DNA of 64,000 bases, taken from Lytechinus pictus. Taxonomy: Eukaryota. Numbering within the stretch: position 1 is the stretch's first letter; the number at the start of each line of letters is the position of its first letter. The stretch is taken from positions 40,674,001 to 40,738,000 of the forward strand of contig NC_087251.1 of assembly GCF_037042905.1 (NCBI RefSeq). Reading direction: 5' to 3'. This document shows, piece by piece, positions 13,180-26,173 of this stretch. The position numbers and the translations under genes were made by a program. A model generated the notes under the pieces. That model was given only the letters and a program-made list of their open reading frames with translations. It was not told the DNA's origin and did not search any database.

Positions 13180-14308
13180 GTGAGTATTATCCATTTTATT
13201 CAATAAAGAAGCAAGAAAATTAAATTAAAAAGTAGAGCATAAACCATACAAGCCTCAACCCTTGCTCACCCTTTCCAATTTTTATGTTAAGTCTAAACTA
13301 TTTTCTTTCTTTCTTATGCTCTATATGTATTTTGATGTTCATGTTCTATACTCGTGCTACTGTTGCTGTTTTATATATGTAGGTTTTTTTAATGTAAATG
13401 TAAACTATGTTTGAAATTGGAAATAAAGATTGAAAATATTGATATTGGAAATAAAGATTGAAAGTTGAAATTGAAACCCCCTTTAAATGGAAAGAACAAA
13501 CAATCTGGTTAGAAGCGAGATATATAAGCGCCACTTTTCCAGTGGCAATGGTCTTTAAACACAAAAAGTTAATTGCGAAAAACTAGGATTCGATTTGGTT
13601 AATGCAGGAACAGTAGATTTTCCGGTGATGCCGGGGCGCGATTTCTTTCATCAGTACTTGTGCACCCGACGCGAGAGGGCAGTGGGAATGACGATATAGG
13701 GTTTATTTAGTCAGGCTACGCCTCATGAATATCCATGGAAGACGAAACGTTAGGATATGTCGTAATTTCCGACCCATCGACCAGCTCAATTGATGTTGCC
13801 CTATCAGTAAGCCAATCCTGCAGTCGAGTCCATATGGATGCAGGTTCGAGTCTCGCCTTGAACGATATTCCAATGCTTTATATTTATGAAAAAGTGAGGC
13901 AAAACTATGAAAAAACACACAAGTCCAGGATTTATAATTGGATTCGAAGCCTCCAAAACAGCCCATTATATCGTCATTCCCACTGCCCCCTCGGGTGCAC
14001 AAGTTGGCGACTGAAAAAAAAAAAGTTGCTCCCGGGGCACCGTCATCAAATTGCCTGGGTACCGACGCGTCAGGGCGCCGGACCGGACGGGTGATCATTT
14101 CATCAACATTGTCCGAAAAGTTGTCAGATCTGACATCTTTCCTGGATTTTGATTGGCTGAGAGGGACTTTTACTATGGTAACTCTCGGATAAAACAGGAA
14201 TTTTCGAATAAAACGTTTTGAGAAGACCTTTCATGAAACGCTCCCAGGGTGTATCTTTAAATGGTAAACTTTTTGGTTTTGCTGATGAACAAGACACGTT
14301 AGGATACC

Positions 14309-14880
14309 CTACAGGGTTCGCCGGGAGTCCTCACGGGTGACGTTCGGCGAAATCTTAACGTCCACGATTCTCCCAACGGCCACCGGCCTATTTTTTAAGT
14401 AATCGCCCGGCGTCTGCCCGTTATCAGCGGGGCATCTGAAGGTCTCCAATATGCCTACGAGCGGCGACCGTCCGGGCTCCGCCACGGATAATTTTTCACG
14501 ACCTACCTGGGAATACATTGGGTGCTGCCGATCTTGAATTCGCCGCCAGATCATTGACCGATCTCTCAGCGGCCGGCTGGTGACCACTCGACAACCTTTG
14601 ATCCAACGAGTTCAATGTTTTACCTAAATCGTTCGACGGCGACCGCTCGATTACGTCGGCGCTCGGACGGCGACCACCCGGGCACCGAGCGTATTTAGGT
14701 CGGCGAGTGAAAAGTGAGCAGGCGCCGCCAGAATTTAACTCCGCGCTAAGCGACCGAGTGATGCCCCCAATAACCAGTGGTGCCCGACGGCCTCCGCTCG
14801 ATGCCCGGGCAAAATTGACTAATAACTCGCCGCCCGGGTCGCTGAGCAGGCTAATTTTAGCGGTTGTGACCTTGGCCTTG
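14309..14880. mobile_element. GC/CpG-rich repeat, probably a non-autonomous DNA transposon fragment
   Basis: Abrupt GC-rich block ending GCGGTTGTGACCTTGGCCT (GGCC-type terminus); ORFs have no recognisable domain. Confidence 0.45.
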
Positions 14881-14969
14881 TAGGACGCCGGGTAGGACGT
14901 CGTCGGCAACGGATAGCCCATGTAATGTGATGTCAATATTGATTAGTCACCCATCCACCTATTAGATCC

Positions 14970-17762
14970 CACAACATTTCATAATATTTTCGCCAAATAA
15001 CAACAAATAATCCAGCTCTCGTAAATAAGGATGTAGTATTTATAGGTGATTTTAACATTGATTTATTGAAACACAGCAATATATCTCAAGATTTTCTTGA
15101 AACTTTTTTTTCGGCCTCCTTGCCACTGATTTCTAAACCTACTCGTGTAGTTAATGAAACTGCTACACATATTGACAATATTTTCTGTAACATTCTCCCT
15201 CCTCCCAATTCTTCTATAATACTTTCTGACATAACGGACCATTTCCCGATTCTTACTAATTTTTCATTAAGACGACCAACTAGACCGATACACTCCCAAC
15301 AACGAAGACGCAGACCTACGCACGAAAATACAGCCAGATTAGGTGCTTTTTTGGATAATGTCGACTGGTCAGTTATATACAATTCTGTAGGTGTTAATGC
15401 GTCCTTTAATTTTTTTATGAATATAATTAATGGAAATTAGACCTGCATATACCTTTAAAAAAGGACAAGCGTAGTACATATAAAACGATTTCTAAGTATA
15501 TGGATATCGCCATCTATATCTTACGTTCGACTTATAGAAAAAATAACTTATTTTCTAAATTCAAAATGAAAGGTACACAACAATCAAAAATAAAATACAC
15601 ATCTTATAAGAATACACTCACTAAAATATTACGCATTGAAAAGAAAAATTACTTTAGGCAGTTGGCTTTATATAAACACGACATGCAAAACACATGGAAG
15701 GTTCTAAAACAGACCATGAACTTATCCAATAATAAATCAAATATTTCCAAAATTAGATTTAATAATGCTATTGTTGATGATGGTGACAACCTTTCAAATA
15801 TTTTTTATAACCATTTCTCTTCTATTGGCGCAAATCTGGCTAAAGATATTCCTCCCGCGACAAAAAGTTTTTCGGACTATCTCGGCCCGCCTAACCCAAA
15901 TTCAATATATTTGGCTCCAACATATAATCAAGAAGTTATTGATATTGTATCTGGTTTGAAAAATAAAAAAAGCCCTGGCTTTGATGAAATTAATAATTTT
16001 ATTTTAAAATCCGTAATAAATTATATTTCCCCGTTGGTGCATATATTCAATCTTTCCTTAGAAAATGGTACAGTTCCAAATCAAATGAAGATAGCCAAGG
16101 TAATTCCTTTATTTAAAAAAGGTGATAAGTTGGATGACGGTAATTACCGACCTATTTCTCTTTTGTCCACATTTTCTAAGATCCTTGAAAGAATAGTATA
16201 CGTTAGAACCGAATTTTTTTTGTCAATGCATAATATTTTATCTGATGTTCAGTTTGGGTTTCGCGAAAAGCACAACACCACTCATGCCCTGATGAATTTT
16301 GTCAACAAAGTAGTCAATGCTCTCGACAGATCTAGTCACCTTGTGGGTATTTTTCTGGACTACTCTAAGGCCTTTGATACCATCAATCATGAAATCCTAC
16401 TTAAAAAAATATCTCACTATGGTGTGCGAGGGAAGGCCTTGGAGTGGTTCAGGAGCTACTTATTCAACAGACAACAAAAAGTGTTTGTTAAAGATCACAA
16501 CTCCAATTTGAAATATGTTAAATGTGGTGTCCCTCAGGGCAGCTTATTGGGCCCGCTTCTTTTCACAATTTATATAGATGATTTCTGTAGATCTTCCAAA
16601 ATCTTGTCCCTTATCTTGTCTGCAGATGATTCGACCTTATATTTTTCTCATCGGAATCCACAAACTTTAGTTGATGTTATCAATTCTGAACTTATTAATG
16701 TTACTGAATGGATAAGAGCCAATCGATTATCTTTGAACCTTAACAAAACAAAATACATGTTATTTAGTAATTCCATAGACAAGTTACCGATGAACATTAT
16801 GTTTGATAATACCCCATTAGAAATGGTAACGTACACCAAATTTCTAGGAATAACAGTTGACAGTAAACTTTCTTGGAAAAATCATATTGAAAATATATCC
16901 AAAATAATTTCACGAAATATAGGTATTATTAATAGGCTAAAATTTTGCATTTCCTCCACATCATTAATCATGCTTTACTCATCCTTAATTTTGCCTTGTT
17001 TAAACTAGGGGATTCTTATTTGGGGTAATACCCATCAATATTTATTAGATAAATTGTTACTTTTGCAAAAGAAAGCACTTCGTATTATTTATAGTACAGC
17101 TTTCCGTTCTCATACGGACCCACTTTTTCTAGAAAGTAAGCTGTTAAAAGTCAAAGACCTGTATTTACTAAGGTTAGGGCACTTCATGTATATAGTTATA
17201 ATAATAATGCACTTCCCCATATTTTTGATGCCATGTTCCCTAAAAATCAGCCCTTCCCCATTCTGACTTTTTCCTCCTTTTATTAATTTATTTTTACTTA
17301 TTATGTTATCATGTCTTGTACTGTCCTGTCTCTTGTTTTGTCTTGTCTTCTATATCTTGTCATTCCCTCTCTCTTTCTGCTTTTTCTTCTGTCTATTGCG
17401 CAACATATCCTTCACAGCGAAGACCTCTTTGTGTGAATAACTTTGCACTTGTTCTGTAATTATAAATGCTTACATCAATATGAGTTCGACCTTTTTGTTC
17501 CTTCTCTTTCTTCTTTCCTGTATATAAACGCATATATGAATAAGTCGATTATATTTTCTTCATTTCCGTGGGGATCCACACTTTACAAGCTTTGCTTTTT
17601 AGTGGACCCCCTCATTTCCATTTATGCTCAATATTATACTGTGTTTTTTTTTACGAAGTAAGAATGCTCGTCTGTAAAATTGTATTTGATTTGTATTACT
17701 TTATATTACTTTGTATTATGTTTTGAATGGAAATAGAATAAAGAATTGAATTGAATTGAATG
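14970..17762 (+). mobile_element. Decayed 5'-truncated non-LTR retrotransposon, L2/CR1 group (Crack/Daphne-like): APE endonuclease end + RT + 3'UTR
   Basis: APE motifs GDFN, PTR..HIDN, SDITDHFP; RT motifs NYRPISLL, QFGFR, FLDYSKAFD, GVPQGSLLGP, SADD (degenerate Y/FADD), FLGITVDSKLSW. Stop and frameshift near 15440, stop at 17006. 3' end AATAAA + (GAATT)n at ~17738-17762. Confidence 0.92.
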
Positions 17763-18015
17763 GAAATATAATTATACAAATACATATATTTGACAAAGTA
17801 AATAACGCGCGTGATACATGATTGCTCGTATAGGGGCATGGTTGGTGGATGGTTGGTCTTCTATGGCTTGTGGCGGGATACGCCGGTAGACATAAATACA
17901 ATACAGTAAACAATACAAAGAAAGACGAAGGGCTAGAAAAGGGCAGAGAAAAGAAGAGAAGGAAAGAGAACAAGAGAGGGAGACGTGAGCGGGGAGGCGG
18001 ACATGAATTACGCGT

Positions 18016-18283
18016 GGAGCGTTGTGGCCCAGTGGATAAGTCTTCTGACTTTGTAACAGATAAGAGGGTCGTGGGTTGGAATCCCAGCCATGGCGTAATT
18101 TCCTTCAGCAAGAAATTTATCCACATTGTGCTGCACTCAACCCAGGTGAGGTGAATGGGTAACCGGCAGGATTAATTCCTTGAATGCATGATCGCTGAAA
18201 GGCAGCTCGAGCTAAAGCCGGGGTAATAATAACAACGCGCCTCGGAATAGAATATTTCTAGATAGATGGCGCTATATAATAAT
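18016..18283 (+). mobile_element. tRNA-derived SINE
   Basis: TGGCCCAGTGG A-box, GGTTGGAATCC B-box, same core. Confidence 0.88.
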
Positions 18284-18284
18284 T

Positions 18285-18945
18285 TTCTCTTGATATAAAC
18301 ATTAAAGAAGAAATGAATTATAAAGAAATACTGAGTAAGATAAAACGAATGTTAGGATGGCGAAAGCAACGGGATTTAACCCTATTTGGGAAAATCCAGT
18401 TGATTAAAGCCTTTGGAATATCAAAATTGTTACATGTATCTTCCATAATGTCTGTACCACAATGGGTGTTCAAAGAAGTAGAAAAGATCTGTTTTAATTT
18501 CCTTTGGAATGGTCATGATAAGATGAAAAGGAACATCCTTTACATCAATTATGATGCAGGAGGTTTGAAAATGTTAAATTTTAAATATATGGTATGTGCT
18601 CAGCGTGTTATGTAGATAAAAAGACTTCTTGGTGGAAATAAGGAAACGAAATGGAAACAATATTTCCAACAGGTATTCAGATCTATAGGAGGGAGTTTAA
18701 TATTTCTTTGTAATTACAATCGCAGAGCTTTCAACATCAATGCACCTAACTTCTACTTGGAAGTTTTGGATATTTAGAATTATTTAAAAGAAAGAAAATT
18801 TATTATCAGAGAAATGCATAGTGAAAACCAAATAATTTATAACAATACCTTTATCAAAGGTAGGACCTTTCCTTTTAATGAAAAATTATTTAAGGCTAAC
18901 ATTTTTCAATTTAAACACATAGTTGGCACAGATGTTGGAAGATTA
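18285..18945 (+). mobile_element. Tx1/L1-clade LINE ORF2 fragment (post-RT region)
   Basis: WRKQRDLTLFGKIQLIK...FNFLWNGHDKMKR...GGLKMLNF, typical L1/Tx1 C-terminal region; internal stops. Confidence 0.85.
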
Positions 18946-18949
18946 TTTT

Positions 18950-19480
18950 TCTATATATGTTTGGGAATAAATATTTGATTATTTGAGCGGGTATCAAAAT
19001 GATATATATTTGAAACATGCGTAAACGAATCACCAAATTTTTGTGGAATTTGAGAATTTAAACACCTGGAGAGAAAATTACATTGTTGAAGTTTGTTGAT
19101 ATTGCCTAGTTTCAACAATTTTAGGGAATGAAACAAAAAATTGTATTTGCTTGTATCTTTTCGTCTGGAGAAATAATACGTACAATTTTATTTTGAAGGG
19201 AACATATTTTTAAAGATGTGTTTGGTATGTGTTGGCCCAGACCAAATTACAGTAATAAAAATATGGCAAGATTAAAGAGCAATATAATGTATATACGCAA
19301 TAAAGTTTTAGGCAAGTAAAACTAAGGCGATATATTGTTCCAATGTTTTTTTGCAACTTTGTTCTCAATTTCATTTATGTGATGTATTCATGTTAAATTT
19401 CTACCGATGATAACGCCAATAAACCTTAGTTATATGGAAAATAGTAGTGAAGCCATAAAGTTAATATTATATACCATACC
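18950..19480 (-). mobile_element. Crack/Daphne-like LINE C-terminal fragment
   Basis: Minus strand YCNLVWANTYQTHL...FHSLKLLKL...YHFDTRS..IFIPK, homologous to the end of the 15-17 kb element. Confidence 0.7.
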
Positions 19481-19687
19481 TCTAATACTAATATACCTGT
19501 TTTTTAGTTGCCATTAATTTTGAAAAAGCTTTCGATTCAGTTTCGCAAATATTTTTACAAAATGTGTTGTATTAATTCGGTTTTGGTCCACCCTTTCGTA
19601 AATGGATTGATATTGTACACTAACACCCTTAGTTGTGTTATGAATGGAGGGTATTCAACTGGCAACTGCAATGTCGACATGGGAGTA

Positions 19688-19848
19688 CACTGTAAAAAAT
19701 GAAGTGCTAATTTAGCACTTACGGTGCTTGTATAGTGACTGCACTACGAGTGTTGTTTTTCTAGTTCAAATTTTATCTAGAAAATCAGCACTCGTAGTGC
19801 AGTCACTATACAAGCACCGTAAGTGCTAGCACTTCATTTTTTACAGTG
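19688..19848. mobile_element. Palindromic MITE, CACTGTAAAAAA termini, TA duplication (EnSpm/CACTA-like)
   Basis: Near-perfect hairpin; removing it plus one TA restores the host GGA GTA AGA CAA GGA (GVRQG). Confidence 0.9.
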
Positions 19849-20078
19849 TAAGACAAGGAGATTAATTATCTCCCTTTTTGTTTTTTCTTTGTATTGAAAC
19901 ACTCATGTGATTCGAAATGATAATTTGGTTTTGGGTTTCCAATTTATTTGGAGACACAGAAGTGAAACAAGTTCTTTAAGCAGATGACATTACCCTTTTT
20001 GTTAAAAATCTTAGTTCAATGGACAATTTAGAAATAAGTGTATCTGGATCGAAAATGAATAAAGAAAAGACTTATGTA

Positions 20079-20174
20079 CACTGTAAAAAAAATGAAGTGC
20101 TAATTCAGCACTCGTAGTGCAGTCACTATACAAGCACTGTAAGTGCTAAATTAGCACTTCATTTTTTTACAGTG
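20079..20174. mobile_element. Internally deleted copy of the same CACTG MITE
   Basis: Same TIRs, TA flanks; removal restores host TAT GTA ATG TTA. Confidence 0.88.
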
Positions 20175-21024
20175 TAATGTTACTAGGCAATGCTAATCAA
20201 GAAGAACCGGGGACATCCCTTTTCGGAAAAGTAGTACCATTTGTAAAAATATTAGGGATATATTTTAGCTTAGACATTCATGTAAAAGGGAGTATGAACT
20301 AAAACAAATTTCGAGCAAAATCAAAAACTCCCTCTCGTGGTGGAAACAAAGAGATTTAACTTTAGTGGGTAAAATACTATTGTTAAAAACTTTCATACAA
20401 GGAGAAATTTATAACGTCACTCAATCCAATTCCGCATTCAATGTTTCAGAAACTTGATAAATTGATCTGTGATTTTTTTATGGAGAGTAAAAGACAAAGT
20501 AAAGCGAACTACGATGTTTCTTGATTATAATTATGGGGAGACCGTGTGTAAAAGGCAAATGCATTTCACAGAAGAAAATAAAAAGGAAATAGATCTGGAA
20601 GAAATTTTATTCATTGTTTCGGACAAAATTGTCCATGTAAGTGAACTCGTCTCAAAAAGATTATATAGGACTATTCTCAATACCAAATTACTCAGAAGTC
20701 ACTCCTGTAGTTAATCGGTTAAAATAATCATTTAGTTTATCTATTAGAGATATTGAAAACATTTTTCTTAGGCCAAGAGAATGTACTTTGAAGCGTAAGC
20801 TGAGGGAATTTCCGTTCAAATTGTTACACGGGATTATTTACACGAATCGGGATTTATATTGTTTTGGCATCATTTTCACGGATCTATGCTCTTTTTGTCA
20901 AAAAGAAGTAAAAACATACCGTCACTTATTTTATGATTGTGTACACAATCGTTCGCTAGGGCATGTATTGACGCTCTTAACTTACCATGTTTAAAGGAAT
21001 AAAATGGGAAGGAATATTGTTCAT

Positions 21025-21643
21025 GTTTTTGGTACACCCTCGGCTGATATAGGGAAGTTTTCGAATTCGGGGTCCGCATGTCAAAGGTCACAGCTCATTA
21101 AATATGCGAGTTGGTTTCCACATGACAACTTAAGAAATATTCAACAGATTTTTAAAAAAAATTGGGTGTGTTGGTAGATGACACCAAAATACAGGCTTAA
21201 GTTTGAATTCGAGTCCGCAGGTCAAAGGTCACAGCTCATTAAATATGCGAGTTGGTTTCCGCATGAAATATTCAACGGATTTAAAAAAAATTTGGGTGTG
21301 TAGGTAGATGACACCAAAATACAGGCTAAGTTTGAATTTGAGTCCGCAGGTCAAAGGTCACAGCTCATTAAATATGCGAGTTGGTTTCAGCAGGATAACT
21401 TTGGAAATATTCACCAGATATCAAAAAATCATCAAATGACCTGACTGTCATATCTTCTGTCAGAGATTATTATGGAAAGGGTGAGTCTTTAGGTCAAAAG
21501 TCTAAATTTGTTCATTACATAAATGCATTTGGTTTCTGCACGATATTAAGTTCAATCATCCGATCATATTGAATTAATTTCTGATCGCGTTAAGCATGTT
21601 AAGCGGAGGCATCTGTGTCTTTTGGACGCATCAAATTTCTAGT
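21025..21643 (+). mobile_element. Helentron/HINE-like non-autonomous element with tandem units
   Basis: Three ~130-140 bp units each with TCAAAGGTCACAGC; 3' end GCGGAGGCATC...TTTCTAGT. Confidence 0.65.
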
Positions 21644-21644
21644 C

Positions 21645-23400
21645 TTATATATTGTTTAATTTTCTCACAAGTATAGGTATGATCTTTTTCACACGAGCAG
21701 AGTATACTTGTTGTTTCGTCCAATTTATTAAACAATTAAAAGCATCGTTTCTTTTTTCTATGAAACCAAACAAAACATGAACAAGAGAAAGATTTATTCT
21801 AAAGCTTGTTAAATTGTATAACCAGTCTGTAAATCGTTCCCAGATAAGATTTACCACATGACATTGATTAAAAAAAATGTACAGCGTTTTCTTCTTCCCT
21901 TCCACAAAAGAGCGTTTTGCATCTACAGTTATTTTCATCGTTACAAGATATCCTTATTCAAATATAATATCATATTTTAATAGTAGTCGATACTGAAAGT
22001 ACCTCATTGTAGTATACGTTGTACATCGAAACATCATTTTAGAATTATTGTTTATATCTCTGGTGTCCATCGAAATGCCATTAACAAGCCATCTATTACA
22101 CAATTTAATCAAGTTATCATTTTCTTTTAACGTGATATAATATACATGTCTACATCCTTTTTGTCCTTCAACAAATGTGTGATAAGCAGGGTATAATGAT
22201 TAGATTTCATATTACACGTATTCAACTGAGCATTATACTTACAATGATCTGACATAGGGCATAATAATGAAGAAACTGAATTTTAATTGAAAATCTTTTT
22301 TATTACTCCGTTCTCTTTCCAAAATTTTTCCATTTTCATCTAATAAATCGTTGATAAATCTAATGTTTTGTCCCAAAGAATATACCTTTCCATCAATGTT
22401 TACATCAGAATTGAACCATAAAGGAATAGCCGGCCTAAAAAAATAAAAGAAAAGTACACTGAACATTTCGAATAAAGGATGAAACTATAATAAAGATTTC
22501 CTTCCAAAAACTGTTTTGGACCATGAGTGATAGTTTAGTAAAATATATATCCCCTTTAACACATTCTAATGTTACTAACGGTTTCAAAAAGGCATACATT
22601 AAATGAGAAACTGCTTCACATGAATTTGACAGTATTCTTCATATCCAAGACAGCTTCAAAGCCCTAGAAAAGTGTCCAACATCGATCATTTTAAGTCAAC
22701 CATTTTCATATCTGTTTCCTGCTTATTTTGTCGGGTTTTCCCTTCCATGTAAATTTGTAGAAAGACACTTTTTTTTTTAAAGGATGTTCAGACGGATTTG
22801 GAATAGACATGAATAAATGATTGAATTGTGAAACAAGCAATGATTTGACAACGATACACGACCAAATACAGAAATATTACGCTTTGACCAAGTCTTAAGA
22901 TATAATTAATTTTGTCTTTAGTTTATCAAATACTCTATCATAATTGAAATCAGGGAGATTTTACAGATCAATACAGAAATCGATTCCTAAATATCTAATT
23001 AATCTCATGTTAATCAACGTTATATCGGGCCCAGGCAAATCAATCTGAATATTTTTTTTCAGAGACCCAATACACAATATTTGCGTTCTAGTCATGTTAA
23101 CCTTAAAACCAGAATATTTCGAGAACATAATTCGTCTAGTGCATTTTGCAAACTTTCCTTACTATCGAGGAACAAAATTGTGTCATCTGCATATTGCAAT
23201 AATTTGTATTCTTTCTTTTTTTTACACAATATTTGCGTTTTGGTCATGTTAACCTTTAATCCAGAATATTTTGAGAACAGAATTTGTTCAGTGCATTTTG
23301 CAAACTTTCCTTACTATCGAGGAACAAAACGGTATCATCTGCATATTGCAATAATTTGTATTCTTTTTTGTCAATAACTATGCCTTTAAATTTATGCATA
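21645..23400 (-). mobile_element. Decayed Tx1/L1-clade LINE fragment, minus strand
   Basis: Minus strand LLQYADDT, YLGI, PLWFN, C-terminal FNQCHVV..IW..VLFG. Confidence 0.8.
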
Positions 23401-24392
23401 CCTTTAAATTACATAAATTTGAATATAAGTTATGAAAACCGACTGGAGTTTTACAGGATTGCAATCAAAACCGGTTGTAAACATGCTTCAGCAGCTTGTG
23501 TGATGCGATGGAACTGCCATAACCCATCCAGTATCAATACATTTGAATGAATGCAGTCTTTGTATATGATTTTCTTTCAAATCTGAGAGCTACCCCACAC
23601 AATGGAGAATGAATTGTGAATTCGAACACTTCAAGAATGGGTCAGAATATCATGCATTCATTCTGTAATCAGTACAGTAATTCTGATACATTGCCCTGAG
23701 CGTAATTTAATTCATGTGTTATATTGGAGGTCACACGGTTTCACTACCAGTGGCGTAACTATGGGGGGGGGGGTGCATGGGGGCACGTGCCTTCCCCCCT
23801 CCATTGGCTGGCAAAAGACGGGAGAAAGGGAGAAAATAGAGGAATGAAGAAAAAGAAACATAGTGGGAGAAGAAGAAATTATTGGATATTATATTATGTT
23901 TTATATATTATACTATATTATATCAGATTTTTTTTCATAACTTTGTGAAACATTATTGCTTAGGCCTATATGTGTTCATCATTCCTGCATGGTATTCGCA
24001 TTGTCTGTTCAATGAGATATATAATCCTGTTGTACTACAAAACATCCTGTTTTCTCGTCCATATTCACCAAATATATATATTCTCGCACTTTATTGATTT
24101 TTGTCGTGACATATCCTTCTTTTTCATGACTACTAAGAGTGAATGCCCCTCTGAATATAAAACATTTCCTGTCTGCTTAGGTTCGCATCAGTGGATTGGT
24201 GAGATATGTCTGCTCTTTATGAATTCCTAAAAACAGTCCTTAAATGCCACCTTCTCTGGTCTGAATAATAAAAAAATTTCAGCTCGCGCTTCGCGCTCGC
24301 ATCATTTGGTTAATGAAATACGTACGTTCTTAATAAATTCTTAAAAACAAGCCTTAGAATGCCCCTCTTCAGGTCTGACTTTCAAAAATTTC

Positions 24393-25510
24393 CATTGACG
24401 AGTGGATACCATGCGCGACCATGAGATCTCAAAAATCACCCTAAACACGTATTTTCCATATTCTGAAAATGCACCCCTGAACAAGTATTGGCGTGTGAAA
24501 CCCTACCCTTAAGGGACAAGTGCACCCCAACAAAAAGCTGAATTGAATAATAAGAGAAAAATCCAACAAGCAAAACACTGAAAATGTCATCAAAATCGGA
24601 TGTAAAATAAGAAAGTTATGGCATTTTAAAGTTTCGCGTTATTTCACAAAACAGTTATATTATGCACATCCTGGTCGGTATGCAAATGAGGAGATTGATG
24701 ACGTCATCCACTCACTATTTCTTTTGAATTTTATTACATGAAATATGAAATATTCTAATTTTCTCTTAATTCTTAAGTGAAACAACGATTAATTCCTCTC
24801 CGAACATGTGGAACTAGTATTGTTTGACAATATATGGTTCAGTCAAGTTGGTCCTAATTGCCGAATCTTTAAAAAATTAAATATTGTATAATAATTCAAA
24901 CAATACACAACAAAAGATATAGTGAGTGAGGGATTGTGCATATCACTGTTTTATGAAAAATAAGCGAAACTTTAAAAAGTCATTTCTTTCTTATTTTACA
25001 TCCGATTTTGATGACATTTTCAGCATTATGCTAGAACGATTTTTCTCCATTTATTCACAGAAACATTTTCTGGGGTGGATTTGATCTGTAAAAAGTATTG
25101 GAAACAAAACGATACTATCGGCAAGTATTCCCTGAATTGAACCCCTTAACAAGTACAGCGATATTTCAATTGTTATGTCACGGACGTCGGTCGTCGGTTT
25201 TACCTTTACCTAGTATACATCATACAGCCCCACTCGCGCAAATCTAAACACGTATAATGTTGACTCTTGGGGCAAAAAGTACATCCTTTATAAAACATTT
25301 TAGTCTTGATTTTTTATACCCTCGCAAATTTGACCCTAAACACGTAGCTTTCCTATCGAAAATGGATACACTTTAGTGTTTTAGTGTTTTTGACACCCTT
25401 ATTACGTTACGTACGTAACGTGCCCTATCTTGAAAAAGACCTCCTTTTTACGTGTTTTTTGGGTCGCGCATGGTATCCACTCGTCAATGTAAGTGCCCCC
25501 CCCCCCCGGG
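24393..25510. mobile_element. MITE family B (poly-G/C termini), interrupted by family A
   Basis: TIR CATTGACGAGTGGATACCATGCGCGACC / GGTCGCGCATGGTATCCACTCGTCAATG; reverse-complement homolog at 57666-58243. Confidence 0.88.
24513..25087 (+). mobile_element. MITE family A nested in a family B element
   Basis: TTAA-GGGACAAGTGCACCCC...GGGGTGGATTTGATCT-GTAA. Confidence 0.88.
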
Positions 25511-26173
25511 ATCGAATCAGATCGTAACAAATCAGTCGTGACAATCGTATTTATCGTAGAAAATTTTGTACGATTCATTTTGTTTGCGATCAGCCCGAAG
25601 ACTAGAGCTAATCGTGGCCGGCGTTCGTAACAAATCGTACGACAGTGGGAACGATGTATAACAAAGTCCCAAAGACCATAACTTTTGTGATAAGTTTTGT
25701 AAAGTCCCCTCTGGGAGGTGCATGTGATGAAAGGGAAGGGGGGAGGGGGTGATCCAAAGTCAGAAAGTTTCTGTGCTCTTAAGGTGTTTCTGTATCTAAC
25801 TCATAGATAAGCAACGAATTGATAGTGCTGCAAACACAAATTAAGGTATTCACGGTTTGTTTAGCTGAAATATATGAGTTTGCAATATACATGGGTTAAG
25901 TTCGTAAAAAAAATAAAACAGAAGAAAATGAAAATACATCAGATTCATTAAAGTATATAGGTACAAAGTATGACCTTAGTAAGTTGCCCGGTCAAAATAT
26001 GAATAAGAAAAGCAAGACGCCAATGGTAAGATTGCTAACATAGGTATATACATTTGAGTGATTTTGAAACTGAATTGGTGGAATTCTTGTTTAATTTGTC
26101 ACGAGATCAGTTTCGTCAACAAATAACAAGTTAGATTAATTTTAAATTCTATCTTTCTTTTTGTATGTAATGT

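Larger units (their letters stand above)
19490..21020 (+). mobile_element. Decayed Tx1/L1-clade LINE RT-to-zinc-knuckle fragment, interrupted by two MITEs
   Basis: FEKAFDSV, GV|RQGD, ADDITLF, VKILGIYF, WKQRDLTLVGK, KLREFPFKLLH..CSFC..TYRHLFYDC; many frameshifts. Confidence 0.85.

Noticed and set aside
13703..14936. GC-rich ORFs suggesting bacterial DNA or horizontal transfer
   Set aside because: No recognisable protein; repeat-like terminus; best explained as non-autonomous elements
15500..17008. 502-aa RT ORF as an active or domesticated gene
   Set aside because: Bounded by a frameshift and a premature stop, 5'-truncated in the endonuclease, catalytic motif reads SADD; an ordinary dead LINE
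21055..21420. CRISPR-like array
   Set aside because: Whole units repeat with no unique spacers; eukaryotic context; no cas genes
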